From Treponemataceae bacterium (GTDB taxonomy: Bacteria > Spirochaetota > Spirochaetia > Treponematales > Rectinemataceae): a stretch of DNA of 64,000 nucleotides. The DNA is taken from contig CAXXVZ010000003.1 of the NCBI GenBank assembly GCA_963678065.2, positions 1,696,001-1,760,000 of the forward strand, in the 5' to 3' direction. The notes below the pieces were generated by a model. The model made no database searches and was not told the DNA's origin. It saw only the letters and a list, made by a program, of their open reading frames with translations. Below are positions 1 through 10,355 of the stretch, in pieces. Within the stretch, counting starts at the first letter, position 1. Every line of letters starts with the position of its first letter. The translations under genes and the position numbers were made by a program.

Positions 1-741
1 CTCATCGACGTCTTCGTGTTCGGCGGACCGAAAAGCAAGCTCCGCTCCATAGCCTCGCCCTACGCCGAGGGGCGGGCCTTCGTCTACTTCGATCCGGTGA
101 AGGATTTCCGCAAGCTCACCGACTTCGATGTCGCGAGGTCCAATCCGGGCTTGCGGGAGAACCTCGGAAGGCTGTGGAGCGCGGGGCTCGTCGCCGAAAT
201 TCTTCTCAAGACATCGGGCGGCGGCGGCGACTTCGGCCATGTGAAGGAGCTCGCGGCGACGACCTTCGTCCGCCTTTCGGAGGCGCAAGAAGAGGAAACA
301 GGCTATCCCCTCATCCTCTTTCTCTGGCGACTTCTGTCGGTGCTCGGGCTGGGGCCCGATCCGGGCGAGTGCGTAGGATGCGGAGCGCCCGCAAGCCTCC
401 TCCGGCCGGGAGATGCCGACTCCACTCCCCTGTACTCCGCCTCGGAGGAGGGATTTGTCTGCGCCGCTTGCGCGAAGGGGATACTCGCCTGTGCCGGAAC
501 TCGCGGGGACGATCCCGTGTTCCGGAGCAGGCCGGAAATGACGGGACTCATCCCGGTCACCGCGGGCGCGCTGAAGTGGCTCGCCCGCTCCGACGAAATG
601 AGTTTCGATCGGGCCCTGTCGGCGCGGCTTGATCAGACATCGCTTTCGAGTCTGAAGGAACTCGTGTTCTGGCTCGCGCAGCGGGCAGCCGACTCTCCCC
701 TCCTCTCCCTCGGGCGGGGCATGCCCGGTGGCGGGAATTGA
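1..741 (+). CDS. recO: DNA repair protein RecO (5' end outside window)
   Basis: Frame 1 is open from base 1 (LIDVFVFGGPKSKLRS); C-terminal Zn-finger CVGC...CAAC typical of RecO. Confidence 0.85.
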   Translation, partial: LIDVFVFGGPKSKLRSIASPYAEGRAFVYFDPVKDFRKLTDFDVARSNPGLRENLGRLWSAGLVAEILLKTSGGGGDFGHVKELAATTFVRLSEAQEEETGYPLILFLWRLLSVLGLGPDPGECVGCGAPASLLRPGDADSTPLYSASEEGFVCAACAKGILACAGTRGDDPVFRSRPEMTGLIPVTAGALKWLARSDEMSFDRALSARLDQTSLSSLKELVFWLAQRAADSPLLSLGRGMPGGGN

Positions 742-950
742 CCCGGCGCCGGAATGAGTTCAGAATGTATTTCCTTCCGCAAAGTTCCGGATTCCGGTTC
801 AAGGTTCAATCGCAGGACGGATTCCCGCGCGATTGAAGGGTGGAGCTCCGGAGCGTTGCGGCTTTGGAACGGAATGTGGGGTTTGTCTCGGAGCCAAGGA
901 TGTGACGGGATACACGGAATCCCGATTTATGCAGACAGAAAGGCACAACC

Positions 951-2261
951 ATGCGAGCAGTCGACATAGTCATGAAAAAGCGCTCGGGGCTTGAACTCGC
1001 GCGCGAAGAAATCTCTTTCATCGTAAACGGCTACGTTTCGGGGGAACTGCCCGAATACCAGATTTCCGCCCTCCTCATGGCCATCTACTTTCAAGGGATG
1101 ACCCCCCGCGAGACGGCGGATCTGACGGAGCTCATGCTCCGCTCAGGCGAGGTAATGGATCTCGGGGGCATCCCTGGTCCGTTCGTGGACAAACATTCCA
1201 CGGGCGGCGTGGGCGACAAGATATCCCTCGTGCTTGCGCCCCTCGCCGCTGCCTGCGGCGCGAAAGTGCCCATGATGTCCGGAAGGGCCCTGGGCCACAC
1301 GGGCGGGACCCTGGACAAGCTCGAGGCCATTCCCGGATACCGGACCGGCCTCAGCCAGGAGAGCTTCAGGGCCGGCATCCTCGCCGACGGCTTCGCCATG
1401 ACGGGTCAGACCGCAAAAGTCGTGCCCGCCGACAAAAAGCTTTATGCCCTGCGCGATGTCACGGGCACCGTGGAGTCCATACCCCTCATCACCGCCTCCA
1501 TTCTCTCCAAAAAAGTGGCCGAAGGCGCGGATGCCCTCGTCTTCGACGTCAAATCAGGCTCCGGCGCGTTCATGAAGTCCTTGGACGACGCCCGCGCCCT
1601 CGCGCGCAGCCTCGTAGACACGGGGTCCGCGATGGGCAAGCGCATCGTGGGCGTCATCACGGATATGTCGGAGCCGCTCGGACGCATGGTGGGCAATTTC
1701 TTCGAAGTCGAAGAATCGCTCGACTGTCTCGAAGGCAATGGCCCTGCCGATCTCATGGAGCTGACCTACCGGCTCACGGCCTGGATGCTCATCGCCGCCG
1801 GCGTAAAGCCCGATCTCGATTCGGCCCTCGAGGCCTGCCGCGATGGGATCGAGTCCGGAAGGGCCCTGAAGCTTTTCCTCGACAACGTGGCGAGACAGGG
1901 GGGAGATGTCGGCCGCATGATGGAGCTCCGCGGACAGTACCGCTCCGCCCACTCCTACGAACTCGCGGCCCCCGCGGACGGGTACCTGCGATCCATCGAC
2001 GCGTACGCGATAGGGCTTGCCGGCGTCACTCTCGGAGTGGGACGCAACACGACTGCCGATCCTGTCCACCCCGATGTCGGCTTCATATTCGACAAAAAAT
2101 CGGGCGACAGAGTGACCAGGGGAGAACGAATCTTCTCCGTGTACGGAAAGGACGAGGCGAGTCTCGAGGCGGTGCGGATGCAGATCGGAAACGCCCTGTC
2201 CTTCGGCCCGGCTCCTGCGCCCCGCAAGCCCCTCATCCTTGAGGAAATCCTTTCCAAATGA
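951..2261 (+). CDS. pdp: Thymidine/pyrimidine-nucleoside phosphorylase
   Basis: DKHSTGGVGDK, SGRALGHTGGTLDKLE, DVKSGSGAFMK motifs. Confidence 0.95.
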   Translation: MRAVDIVMKKRSGLELAREEISFIVNGYVSGELPEYQISALLMAIYFQGMTPRETADLTELMLRSGEVMDLGGIPGPFVDKHSTGGVGDKISLVLAPLAAACGAKVPMMSGRALGHTGGTLDKLEAIPGYRTGLSQESFRAGILADGFAMTGQTAKVVPADKKLYALRDVTGTVESIPLITASILSKKVAEGADALVFDVKSGSGAFMKSLDDARALARSLVDTGSAMGKRIVGVITDMSEPLGRMVGNFFEVEESLDCLEGNGPADLMELTYRLTAWMLIAAGVKPDLDSALEACRDGIESGRALKLFLDNVARQGGDVGRMMELRGQYRSAHSYELAAPADGYLRSIDAYAIGLAGVTLGVGRNTTADPVHPDVGFIFDKKSGDRVTRGERIFSVYGKDEASLEAVRMQIGNALSFGPAPAPRKPLILEEILSK

Positions 2262-4429
2262 GATGGCTTAAAAAAGAAGTACGCCCCGAAGAGATCAAAG
2301 AGCTGGCTGGCAGATACGGGCTCGACCTCCTCGCCGCCGCCATTTTCGCGAGGCGGGGCATCGTCGATCCCGAACAGCTGAAATACTACCTCGAGGATGA
2401 CCCGCGCCATCTCCACAACCCCTTCCTCTTCGTCCAGATGGAAGACGCCGTGGACCGTATTCTCCACGCCCGGGACGAAGGCGAAAAGGTCCTCGTTTTC
2501 GGCGACGCGGACACGGACGGCATCACCTCGACCGTCCTCCTCCACGAAGCCCTCGCCGGACTCGGGATAGAGACATCCTGGCGCGTGCCCGTGGGCGACG
2601 ACCCCTACGGCCTCTCCACAAAGGCTCTGGACGAGTTCGCCGCTGCAGGGGGCAGTCTCGTCATCACGGTGGATTGCGGGATTTCTAACCACGCGGAAGT
2701 GGAGTACGCACGGGAACGCGGCATCGACGTCATCATCGTCGACCACCACAGGCTCCAGGGTGAGAATCCGCCCGACGCCGTCGCCGTCATCGACCCGAAA
2801 CTCCCCGATTCCGGCTATCCCTTCAGGGAGCTCTCCGGCTGCGGAGTGGCCTACAAGCTCGTCTCTGCCCTGCGCCTCGCGGAGACGGAGCTCTACAAGC
2901 AACACATCGCCCTCCTCAACCTCCGCCCCGACATCTCTCCGGCAGGGGCGCCGGACGAAGCTTCCTCAGGCGGAGGCTTCATTCTCGAGGCAGTCCGCCT
3001 CTCCAACCTCGTCGAAACGGGGCGCATCAGCGAGCGGCTCGTGCCGGGAGAAGTCAGACTCGACAGGGCGAAATTCGTCAGCTTCCTCGCGGATCGCCAG
3101 ATCTTCGTCTGGAATGGCGACTACCAGCAGCGCTGCCTCGCCGCTGCCCTCGGCAAGGGGGCGGAAGTCTTCACGTATGATCTCGCCCCCGAGATCGGCG
3201 TCCTGATCCCCCAGACGGGCGGCAAGAGCCTGGCCGAACTGCGTGAACTCTCCCGAATCGGACGCTACAGGACAAGCGAACTCTCCGAGATCGACGTGTT
3301 CCGGAACCTCTTCGTCTCCTTCGCACTCAGGAGAGCTCAGTGCTTCGACGAGCGGGACAGTCTGCGCCTCCAGCTCGTCGCCCTCGGGACCATCGCCGAC
3401 CTCATGCCCCTGCGCAACGAAAACCGCATCCTCGTGAAACGGGGGCTGGCCTCCATCAACAGGGAGCCGCGGGCTGGCCTCGCCGAACTCTTCTCGACCC
3501 TCCAGCTCGAGCCGAGGACCATGTCGGCCCACGATATAGCCTGGCAGATCACGCCCGTCATCAACGCGTCCGGGCGGATGGGCGCGCCCGACGTGGCCGT
3601 CTCGCTCTTCCTTGCGGAGACTCGGGAAGAGAGGATGCCGCTGGCCGCCGAAGTCGTCGCCATGAACATGGACAGGCGGAAGATGGGCACCGAGAGCTGG
3701 GAGACCGTATTGCCTCTGGCCCGTGAGAGCTTCGCCCGGAACAAGGAAAAACTCGCCGTCATCGGAACCGACAAGGTCCAGCGCGGCATAACGGGTCTCA
3801 TCGCCTCACGCGTGACGGGCGCCCTGAAGGTGCCGGCCATCGTCGCCTCTTTCCAGCCCGATGGATCGACAATCGGCTCCATCCGCTCCGTGCGGGGATT
3901 CCCGGTATCGGCCCTCCTCGAGGCCTGCTCCGACCTCTTCATCGACTACGGCGGCCACGACGTGGCGGCGGGGTTCAGCCTTCCCTCGGGCGCCTGGCCA
4001 GCCTTCGTCGAGCGGACGGAAGCCTTCATCGGCACCGTCGATCTCGCCCTCGCGGAGGAGACGATCAACGTCGACGCCCAGCTCCCCCACGACTACGTGA
4101 CGCCCGAACTCCTCGAACTGACCAAACGATTCGAGCCCTCCGGAGAGGAGAGCCCTCCCCTCATCTTCATGGCGAAGAGCGTCGCGATGGTCGACGCCCA
4201 GATAGTCGGCAAGGGCGAGAAAAATCACCTCAAGCTGACCCTCGACTTCGGCAGGCACAAGTGGCCCGCCATGATGTGGGACGGCGCGGAACGGCTCGAG
4301 CGCGACTTCTCCTGGCGCAACAGGGACCCCGTCGACCTCCTCTTCAGGGTCACCGTAAATCGCTGGAACGGCATGGAGACGCCGCAGATCGAAATCATCG
4401 ACATCAGGAAGGCCGGCTCGGGAGAGTGA
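2258..4429 (+). CDS. recJ: Single-stranded DNA exonuclease RecJ
   Basis: GDADTDG, TVDCG, DHH, GTIAD, PVINASGRM, YGGH motifs; ATGA overlap with pdp. Confidence 0.95.
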   Translation: MRWLKKEVRPEEIKELAGRYGLDLLAAAIFARRGIVDPEQLKYYLEDDPRHLHNPFLFVQMEDAVDRILHARDEGEKVLVFGDADTDGITSTVLLHEALAGLGIETSWRVPVGDDPYGLSTKALDEFAAAGGSLVITVDCGISNHAEVEYARERGIDVIIVDHHRLQGENPPDAVAVIDPKLPDSGYPFRELSGCGVAYKLVSALRLAETELYKQHIALLNLRPDISPAGAPDEASSGGGFILEAVRLSNLVETGRISERLVPGEVRLDRAKFVSFLADRQIFVWNGDYQQRCLAAALGKGAEVFTYDLAPEIGVLIPQTGGKSLAELRELSRIGRYRTSELSEIDVFRNLFVSFALRRAQCFDERDSLRLQLVALGTIADLMPLRNENRILVKRGLASINREPRAGLAELFSTLQLEPRTMSAHDIAWQITPVINASGRMGAPDVAVSLFLAETREERMPLAAEVVAMNMDRRKMGTESWETVLPLARESFARNKEKLAVIGTDKVQRGITGLIASRVTGALKVPAIVASFQPDGSTIGSIRSVRGFPVSALLEACSDLFIDYGGHDVAAGFSLPSGAWPAFVERTEAFIGTVDLALAEETINVDAQLPHDYVTPELLELTKRFEPSGEESPPLIFMAKSVAMVDAQIVGKGEKNHLKLTLDFGRHKWPAMMWDGAERLERDFSWRNRDPVDLLFRVTVNRWNGMETPQIEIIDIRKAGSGE

Positions 4430-4546
4430 GTCTCAGGAGAGAAGCCCGGAAGAGTGAGGCGCGGAAGTGAGGCCGCCCTTCCGCGCCGAGGGCATGGCAG
4501 AGGGGCGCACGCTCACCGCCATGCGATGCGGCACCCCAAAAAGGGC

Positions 4547-4575
4547 TTGACGAAAATCCCGCTTTTGGATAGCCT
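4547..4575 (+). promoter_or_regulatory. sigma70-type promoter of tRNA pair
   Basis: TTGACG-17nt-TAGCCT, 22 nt upstream of tRNA-Gln. Confidence 0.6.
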
Positions 4576-4597
4576 AGCTTCTGTCGTTAGGCGACGC

Positions 4598-4668
4598 TCC
4601 CCGGTTGTGTAATGGTAGCACAGCAGACTCTGGATCTGTTTGTGGGGGTTCGAATCCTCCCTGGGGAA
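4598..4668 (+). tRNA. tRNA-Gln (anticodon CTG)
   Basis: Acceptor TCCCCGG/CTGGGGA, anticodon arm GCAGA-CTCTGGA-TCTGT, T-loop TTCGAAT; CCA not encoded. Confidence 0.93.
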
Positions 4669-4715
4669 TACCGTTATGACAGAATGGCAGCAAGATTTGC
4701 GGCGAAGATCTTGAA

Positions 4716-4757
4716 CGCAAAGGGAAGCGGCGAAACACTTCGCCGCTTCCCTTTGCG
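4716..4757. repeat. Perfect 19-bp inverted repeat in tRNA spacer
   Basis: CGCAAAGGGAAGCGGCGAA-ACAC-TTCGCCGCTTCCCTTTGCG. Confidence 0.9.
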
Positions 4758-4758
4758 A

Positions 4759-4830
4759 GGCCCCTTCGTCTATCGGTTAGGACAAAAGATTCTCAATCTT
4801 TAAAGACGGGTTCGACTCCCGTAGGGGCTA
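4759..4830 (+). tRNA. tRNA-Glu (anticodon CTC)
   Basis: Acceptor GGCCCCT/AGGGGCT, anticodon arm AAAGA-TTCTCAA-TCTTT, T-loop TTCGACT. Confidence 0.93.
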
Positions 4831-4868
4831 AAAGGCCGATCCTGAAAGGGTCGGCCTTTTTATTTTTC
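4831..4868 (+). terminator. Intrinsic terminator (probably bidirectional)
   Basis: AAAGGCCGATCCT-GAAA-GGGTCGGCCTTT followed by T-tract. Confidence 0.85.
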
Positions 4869-5082
4869 TGCAAATTGAATCGGCAAGGGAATCCCGTAGG
4901 GACAGTCTGCGAGCCATGCCATCCTGAACCTGCCTGACGCGACATCGGCCTCCGCGCGACTGCGTGAAGACAGATGACTGGCGATCACTCCGCGGATCAC
5001 CGCCTCGGGCGCCCGAGGATTGCGCGGAGCTGCGGTTGGCGAAAGCTTCTGTTCCTCTCGACGCAAGGCCGAGCCGGACAGG

Positions 5083-7044
5083 CTATTTCTTCGACATAAG
5101 GATGCACTCGACTCCATCGGCTTCCAGACAGATCGTTTTCTCCTCGGCTTCGAAGGACAGAGCATTCCCTGTTTTGTTCACGAAGACGAGAAGAGTCTCG
5201 TCGCCGTGCCGATACTCGGTCATGATCACGGATTCCGGGAGATCGTACAGGGTTTCGACGACGAAGCGCCCCTCATAGAAGAATCGACGCCACGCGGCCT
5301 TCAGGTCGATCAGTTTCTTGACATGGTTCGCGTAGTCGATCTCGCCCGCAATGCCGACGACGCGGCCGCGGTAGATGGAGACGTCGAAGCGATAGCCCAT
5401 GGCGAAGGCGTAGTTGAGCTGGAACTTGTAGTCCTCCCGGCAATCGTGGATGAAGCGGTTCGTCATGATCGCCTCGGGGAAGGTTCGCAGGAAGAGCTGG
5501 GGAAAGCCGTTCTCGGCGTACCAGTTCCCGAGGTCGCAGCCGTGGTGGTAGTCGAGGTATGGCGCGAAGAGATCGACGGTGTTCTCGCTTCCCAAAGCTT
5601 TGTCGCCGGAAAGGAGTCCGCGCAGAGCCTTGAACGTGGCGGCCCGGGAACGGGGCTCAGTATCGCCGCGGTTCCCGTGGGGGTGGCTTGAGTCAAAGCA
5701 GAGCCAGCAGTGGTGGCCGCCTATCTGGTCGTAGAAAATCGAGTCGGGATCGAAGGACAGTTTCACCCTTCCGTTTTCTAGAAGCTTTTCGCGCCATTCC
5801 GGATTGGACATGCAGGCTTTGGCGAAGGTCTTGTAGCCGAAGGTTCTGAGAATGGTTCCGGAATCGGCGAAGCGGTAGTGATCCAGGTAGACGTTGCCGT
5901 CGATGTCCTTGCTCGCGATCCTCTCGCCCGTGGTCTTGTAGTAATCCGACGTGACGTCCATGAGGATTCCGTTGGTGTAGAGGGCGACGCGGCCTCCTTT
6001 GGCCTGGATTTCCTTGATCGCCGCCGCGAGTCCCTCGGCGCCCCCCAGCTCGGGGTCGGGCTCGTAGACCGGATAGCCGTTGTCGAAACAGCCCTTCCAC
6101 CAGCCGAAGACCATGAGACAGTCGAGGCCGTAGCGGGTGCCCTCCTCGTAGAGGCGCGGAAGGTCCGAGTACTTCCAGAATACTTCGCCGAACTGGTGGC
6201 GGAGAATGATGCGCTGCCAGCCCGTGAAACGCCTGACCCACTCGGGTTTTTCCGCCGGTCTGTAGAAGGTTTCGCGCGCCCACGCTCCGTAGCGGTCGGA
6301 GCCCTCGCGCCAGTCGCCCTCCCAGAGAGCGAGGACGGATCGCGCCGTCTCGATCCTCTCGCCCGCGAGAGCCAGGGGATAGTGACAGATCGAGAGGATG
6401 AGGCGGGGAGCCGCGTTGCGCGGGTTCACGCCCGCATTGAAGACGCAACTGCGCGACTCGCCATCGTGGCGTCCGAGGTAGAGGAAGCGGCCCGCCGTTT
6501 CGAGACCCTGCCAGGCCATGCTCAAGGGCCTAGGGTAGACGAGGGGGGACCATATCTCGCGGTAGTCGGCGGCCATGTACTCGCTGTGATACGTTCCGAG
6601 CGCGGACCAGGGATTTTCGAGCCGCTCGCCGAGGCCGCTGGGCCGGTAGAGGACGTCCTTGGATCTGTCCGCGCCGCAGGCCGAAGACAGGTCGACGAAG
6701 GGGAGCTGGAGTTCATTCACCCGGGCGGCTCCGCGGTTCTCGATATCCGCCCACATTTCGATCTCGGTCTCTTTTTTCACGATGTGAACGACGAGGATGA
6801 CGTCGTAATGACGTCCTTTTTCGTCGACGAGACTTTCGTAGACTATATCCATCCCCAGGCCGGAGCGCAGGACGCGCCCATTCTGGGAGGATGATTTGAC
6901 GAGGATTTCCCGCTCGTAGCCATCATCCATGAAGACGCGCCAGAAATCGGCCTTTTCCTCGTTCGCGAGCGGAGTGCCGGGAGCGGACCACGAGACGCGG
7001 TCGGCCGTTTTGTTCAAGGCGAAATCGATGGTGTTTTTCTTCAT
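5083..7044 (-). CDS. Putative glycoside hydrolase-like protein (DUF6259-like TIM barrel)
   Basis: Start MKKNTIDF with GGAGG RBS and ATGA overlap; GW..GxFDNGYP, GGRVALYTNG, SIFYDQIG motifs. Confidence 0.6.
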   Translation of the reverse strand: MKKNTIDFALNKTADRVSWSAPGTPLANEEKADFWRVFMDDGYEREILVKSSSQNGRVLRSGLGMDIVYESLVDEKGRHYDVILVVHIVKKETEIEMWADIENRGAARVNELQLPFVDLSSACGADRSKDVLYRPSGLGERLENPWSALGTYHSEYMAADYREIWSPLVYPRPLSMAWQGLETAGRFLYLGRHDGESRSCVFNAGVNPRNAAPRLILSICHYPLALAGERIETARSVLALWEGDWREGSDRYGAWARETFYRPAEKPEWVRRFTGWQRIILRHQFGEVFWKYSDLPRLYEEGTRYGLDCLMVFGWWKGCFDNGYPVYEPDPELGGAEGLAAAIKEIQAKGGRVALYTNGILMDVTSDYYKTTGERIASKDIDGNVYLDHYRFADSGTILRTFGYKTFAKACMSNPEWREKLLENGRVKLSFDPDSIFYDQIGGHHCWLCFDSSHPHGNRGDTEPRSRAATFKALRGLLSGDKALGSENTVDLFAPYLDYHHGCDLGNWYAENGFPQLFLRTFPEAIMTNRFIHDCREDYKFQLNYAFAMGYRFDVSIYRGRVVGIAGEIDYANHVKKLIDLKAAWRRFFYEGRFVVETLYDLPESVIMTEYRHGDETLLVFVNKTGNALSFEAEEKTICLEADGVECILMSKK

Positions 7045-8060
7045 GCCTGTTCCTCCCGCGCCGCTGTGGCGCGTATCGTCGATGAGAGCGCGATGGACTG
7101 GCCCGGGGCGAGGGCGCGAAAGCCGCTCTCTTCGGGTGGAAGGGTCGAGTTGGGCGCGTCGATCATCCAGGTCTGGGGCTCTGCGCAAACGAAGTTTTTG
7201 TCGCCGCCCTGGTTCCAGAGCGTCCAGAAGGCGAAGAGCGGGTCGACGCGGTAGGCGATCGATCTTCCGGAGGGGACATGGACGAGGCGCGCCTCGCGGG
7301 GGAGCTCTTCGGCGCCGCGGAAGTGCCTGGACAGGGCCCCACCCTGGGGCGGGGTGCCCTCGCCATTGAGGGCGGAGATGAGTTCACTCTCGCGCAGGAC
7401 GCCGCCTGTGGGAATGATGCTCGCAGGGTCGAGGAGGATCTCGCGGGAAACTCCGAGGCGGAGGCGGTAGTCCCCTGCCGAGGTCTCCGGGAGGAAGGGG
7501 CAGTTGAAGGCGGAGTGGAAGCCGAGACCGAGCGGCATCTCCGAGTCGCTCCGGTTTTCGACTTCCAGCCGCTGAGCAAGGCCGTCCCGCGCGTCCAGCG
7601 AGTAGCCGAGGACGATGCGGAACGCGTGGGGGAAGGTCGAATAGGGTGCGTCTTTCGTCGCCTCATAGGCGAAAGAAAGGCGGCAGGAGTCGTCGTCGAC
7701 CTGGACGCCGAAAGGAGCGAAGGGCGCCGATGAGAGGAATCCGTGGATGTGGTGGCCGCGCTCCGCTTCGTTGACGGGCAGGCTGTAGGACCTTCCCTGG
7801 AAGGTGAATTTCCCGCCGCGGATGCGGTTGGGCGAAAAAAGGAGCGGAAGGCCGAAGACATTGGGGTTTTCGCGGAATACGGCGAAGGAGGGCGGCCTTC
7901 GGAGCAGCGATGCTCCTTCATGCTCGAGGAGGAAGCAGTTCGCGCCCATTTCCGGACAGATCGCCGCCCTGTAGTTTCCCGCCACGAGGATAATGGCCGG
8001 AATATCGCCCACAGCCGAGTGTTCGATGGTGGCGTGCCCTGTTTCCATCATATCGCTCAC
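7041..8060 (-). CDS. Aldose 1-epimerase family protein
   Basis: PLLFSPNRI, HHIHG, GFHSAF, FVCAEPQT motifs. Confidence 0.85.
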   Translation of the reverse strand: MSDMMETGHATIEHSAVGDIPAIILVAGNYRAAICPEMGANCFLLEHEGASLLRRPPSFAVFRENPNVFGLPLLFSPNRIRGGKFTFQGRSYSLPVNEAERGHHIHGFLSSAPFAPFGVQVDDDSCRLSFAYEATKDAPYSTFPHAFRIVLGYSLDARDGLAQRLEVENRSDSEMPLGLGFHSAFNCPFLPETSAGDYRLRLGVSREILLDPASIIPTGGVLRESELISALNGEGTPPQGGALSRHFRGAEELPREARLVHVPSGRSIAYRVDPLFAFWTLWNQGGDKNFVCAEPQTWMIDAPNSTLPPEESGFRALAPGQSIALSSTIRATAAREEQA

Positions 8061-9484
8061 AGCCTGTGGAAGTCGAAATCCATGATCCGGGCGAGCTGGG
8101 CTAAAGTCGCCGTGTGATCGCCCGCGGCTATCGCGTAGTGCTGGGTCACGCCGATATCCATGAGTTCCTGGAAGAATTGGCGCGGCTCCTTGCGCGGCCG
8201 GAAGAGACCGTGTGAATAACCCGCGAGGTGGTGGGGACAGGGAAGCGCGTCCACGAGGGCGCAGACGAGCCTGAAACGGCCCGCGCTCCAGGATATGTGG
8301 ACCATGGTCTTCTCGCCGGGCGAGACCGTGTGCCAGGCGAAGGGCGCGCCCGCATACTTGTAATCGCTGCGGGCGAAGCGCTCATCGCGGGAGATGATGG
8401 TTTTTCCGGCCGGGTCCGTGAAATCGTTGGGACCTGCGTGGCCTGCTGCGAAGATGCCTTTCTCGTTGTCGATATGGAAGGGCTCGGCGAAGAAAACGCT
8501 GTGCCCCGTGACTAGCTTCATGATGTAGACGGCGAGGGCCCCGCCTATGTCGCCCTCGGGCACGACGGTCACGTCTTCGGTGCCCGGGCAGGGCGTGAAG
8601 CCAGGCCGGAGGCCCAGAGTGCGCATGAGAACAGGCTCGATGTCGTTGAGGACGAGGACATCGGCGCCGGCCTTGCGGCAGAGGGATTCCAGGGCCATGG
8701 ATGCCGCGACCGAGGCGCCCATCTTGGCGCGGTCGACACTTGTGTCCGCGGGATACTTCGCGAGGATCAGCTCAGTCGTCCGCTCGACCTCGGCTGCCGG
8801 AATAGTCGTGATTTCGCTCTCCAGGGCGGCCGAGGAGAGGAAACGCATCTCGGGCCCGGCCACCATGAAGAGGTCGTAGATGTCCACATAGGTGGACCAC
8901 ATGACTTCGTTCATGGACGGCAGGAGGCCGAAGGTGGAGCGGCGCAGCTTGGCGCGCACCGAAGCTGCCGCGGCGAAGGCTTTGCAGCTCTCCATGACCT
9001 CGTCCAGCGTCCCGATGACCCGGCTCATCATGGGCCTGTCGAAGCGGGAGGCCGAGCCTGAGGCCTCGAGCATGCCGACGAGCGAACCTGCTGACAGGAA
9101 TTCCACGAAACGGTCCTCGACCATCGAGTCCCCGAAGCCAAGCCTGTCGCGCACGATGGAGGCGAAGAGCACTGGAATGGGCCGCATGTCCCGGAGGAAA
9201 CGGACCCAGGCGAAGTCGTCCGACCAGGAAAGAAAGCAGGCGAATACCATATCCACGTCCGCTTCGTCGAAGGCCCGCATGGATGCACGGAGGTCTTCGC
9301 GCGTGTAGACGATGCCGGAGAAGACGGGCTCAGCGAACGGGGAAACTGCCTCCACGATGCGGCGGGCCTCGGTGTCCTTGCGTCCGGAGAAGACGCCGCC
9401 GGCGGTGCCGGAGCCCAGATCGCGGAAACGGGGTGTCGTGATGAGAAGAAGGCCCGCGCGGGGCTTGCGGTTGCGGTCGATCAT
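8057..9484 (-). CDS. L-fucose/L-arabinose isomerase-family sugar isomerase
   Basis: PEGDIG, AGHAGP and C-terminal GVTQHYA motifs; 475 aa. Confidence 0.7.
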   Translation of the reverse strand: MIDRNRKPRAGLLLITTPRFRDLGSGTAGGVFSGRKDTEARRIVEAVSPFAEPVFSGIVYTREDLRASMRAFDEADVDMVFACFLSWSDDFAWVRFLRDMRPIPVLFASIVRDRLGFGDSMVEDRFVEFLSAGSLVGMLEASGSASRFDRPMMSRVIGTLDEVMESCKAFAAAASVRAKLRRSTFGLLPSMNEVMWSTYVDIYDLFMVAGPEMRFLSSAALESEITTIPAAEVERTTELILAKYPADTSVDRAKMGASVAASMALESLCRKAGADVLVLNDIEPVLMRTLGLRPGFTPCPGTEDVTVVPEGDIGGALAVYIMKLVTGHSVFFAEPFHIDNEKGIFAAGHAGPNDFTDPAGKTIISRDERFARSDYKYAGAPFAWHTVSPGEKTMVHISWSAGRFRLVCALVDALPCPHHLAGYSHGLFRPRKEPRQFFQELMDIGVTQHYAIAAGDHTATLAQLARIMDFDFHRL

Positions 9485-9497
9485 GTCGCTGCCTCTT

Positions 9498-10355
9498 TTA
9501 GTTCTTGGGTCGGGAGCGCTTTCGCTGACTCGTGAGCCGAGTCTTGTCCAGGTACGGCTTTACCTGATCGTAAAGCCGGCTGGAGACTGCCGTATAGAGA
9601 ATGTCCACCATGGTGAGCTGGCCGATGCGGGAACCCATGGCTCCGCTCCGTATCATGGACTCCGCCGAGGTGGTGAAGAGCCTGATGTCAGCCAACTCGC
9701 TGAGCCGGTTTTTTCCGTACCGCGTGACAGTGATGACGGTGGCTCCCGTGGATTTGACGATCTCGCAAGTCTCTATGGTGTCGCGCGTCTCGCCGGAGTA
9801 GGAAAAAAGCACGGCCACATCTTTGGGCCTGAGGCTCGTCGCCGAAAGGATCTGCTCGTGGGGATCGGAATGGGAAATGACGAACTTGTTGATCCTGATG
9901 AATTTATTGGAGGCGTCCATGGCCACGAGGCCCGAGGAGCCCACGCCGTAGAAGTCGATCCGGGTCGCGCCGCAGAGCGCATCGACGGCTTTGCCCAGCT
10001 CGTCAAGGTCGACGAGCGAGAGGGTCCCTTCGATGGCCTTCATGTCGCTCTTGCTGACACTCGAGACTATGGCTTCCAGACTGTCGCCGGGGCGGATCTC
10101 CTCATACACTATGGTGTTCTGCTGGTTCGCGAGGTCCGAGTCCAGAACGCGGCAGAACTCCTTGAAGCCGGAGTATCCCACACTCTTGCACAGACGCACG
10201 ACCGAGGCGGTGCTCGTCGAACAGGCGTCCGCCAGCGCATCGATGGACATGCCGATCACTTCTTCGGGAAAGTCGAGGATGAATTCGGCCACCTTCTGTT
10301 CCTTGGGCGCAAGAGACTGCATCGCTTCCTTGATTCGCAGACAGCAACCGGTCAT
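9498..10355 (-). CDS. MurR/RpiR family transcriptional regulator
   Basis: HTH (STASVVRLCKSVGYSGF) plus SIS domain (GVGSS, SYSGET); start MTGCCLRI with ATGA overlap. Confidence 0.92.
   Translation of the reverse strand: MTGCCLRIKEAMQSLAPKEQKVAEFILDFPEEVIGMSIDALADACSTSTASVVRLCKSVGYSGFKEFCRVLDSDLANQQNTIVYEEIRPGDSLEAIVSSVSKSDMKAIEGTLSLVDLDELGKAVDALCGATRIDFYGVGSSGLVAMDASNKFIRINKFVISHSDPHEQILSATSLRPKDVAVLFSYSGETRDTIETCEIVKSTGATVITVTRYGKNRLSELADIRLFTTSAESMIRSGAMGSRIGQLTMVDILYTAVSSRLYDQVKPYLDKTRLTSQRKRSRPKN

Noticed and set aside
4759..4900. tRNA-anchored integrative island
   Set aside because: Accessory genes start after the tRNAs, but I found no integrase or repeated tRNA 3' end
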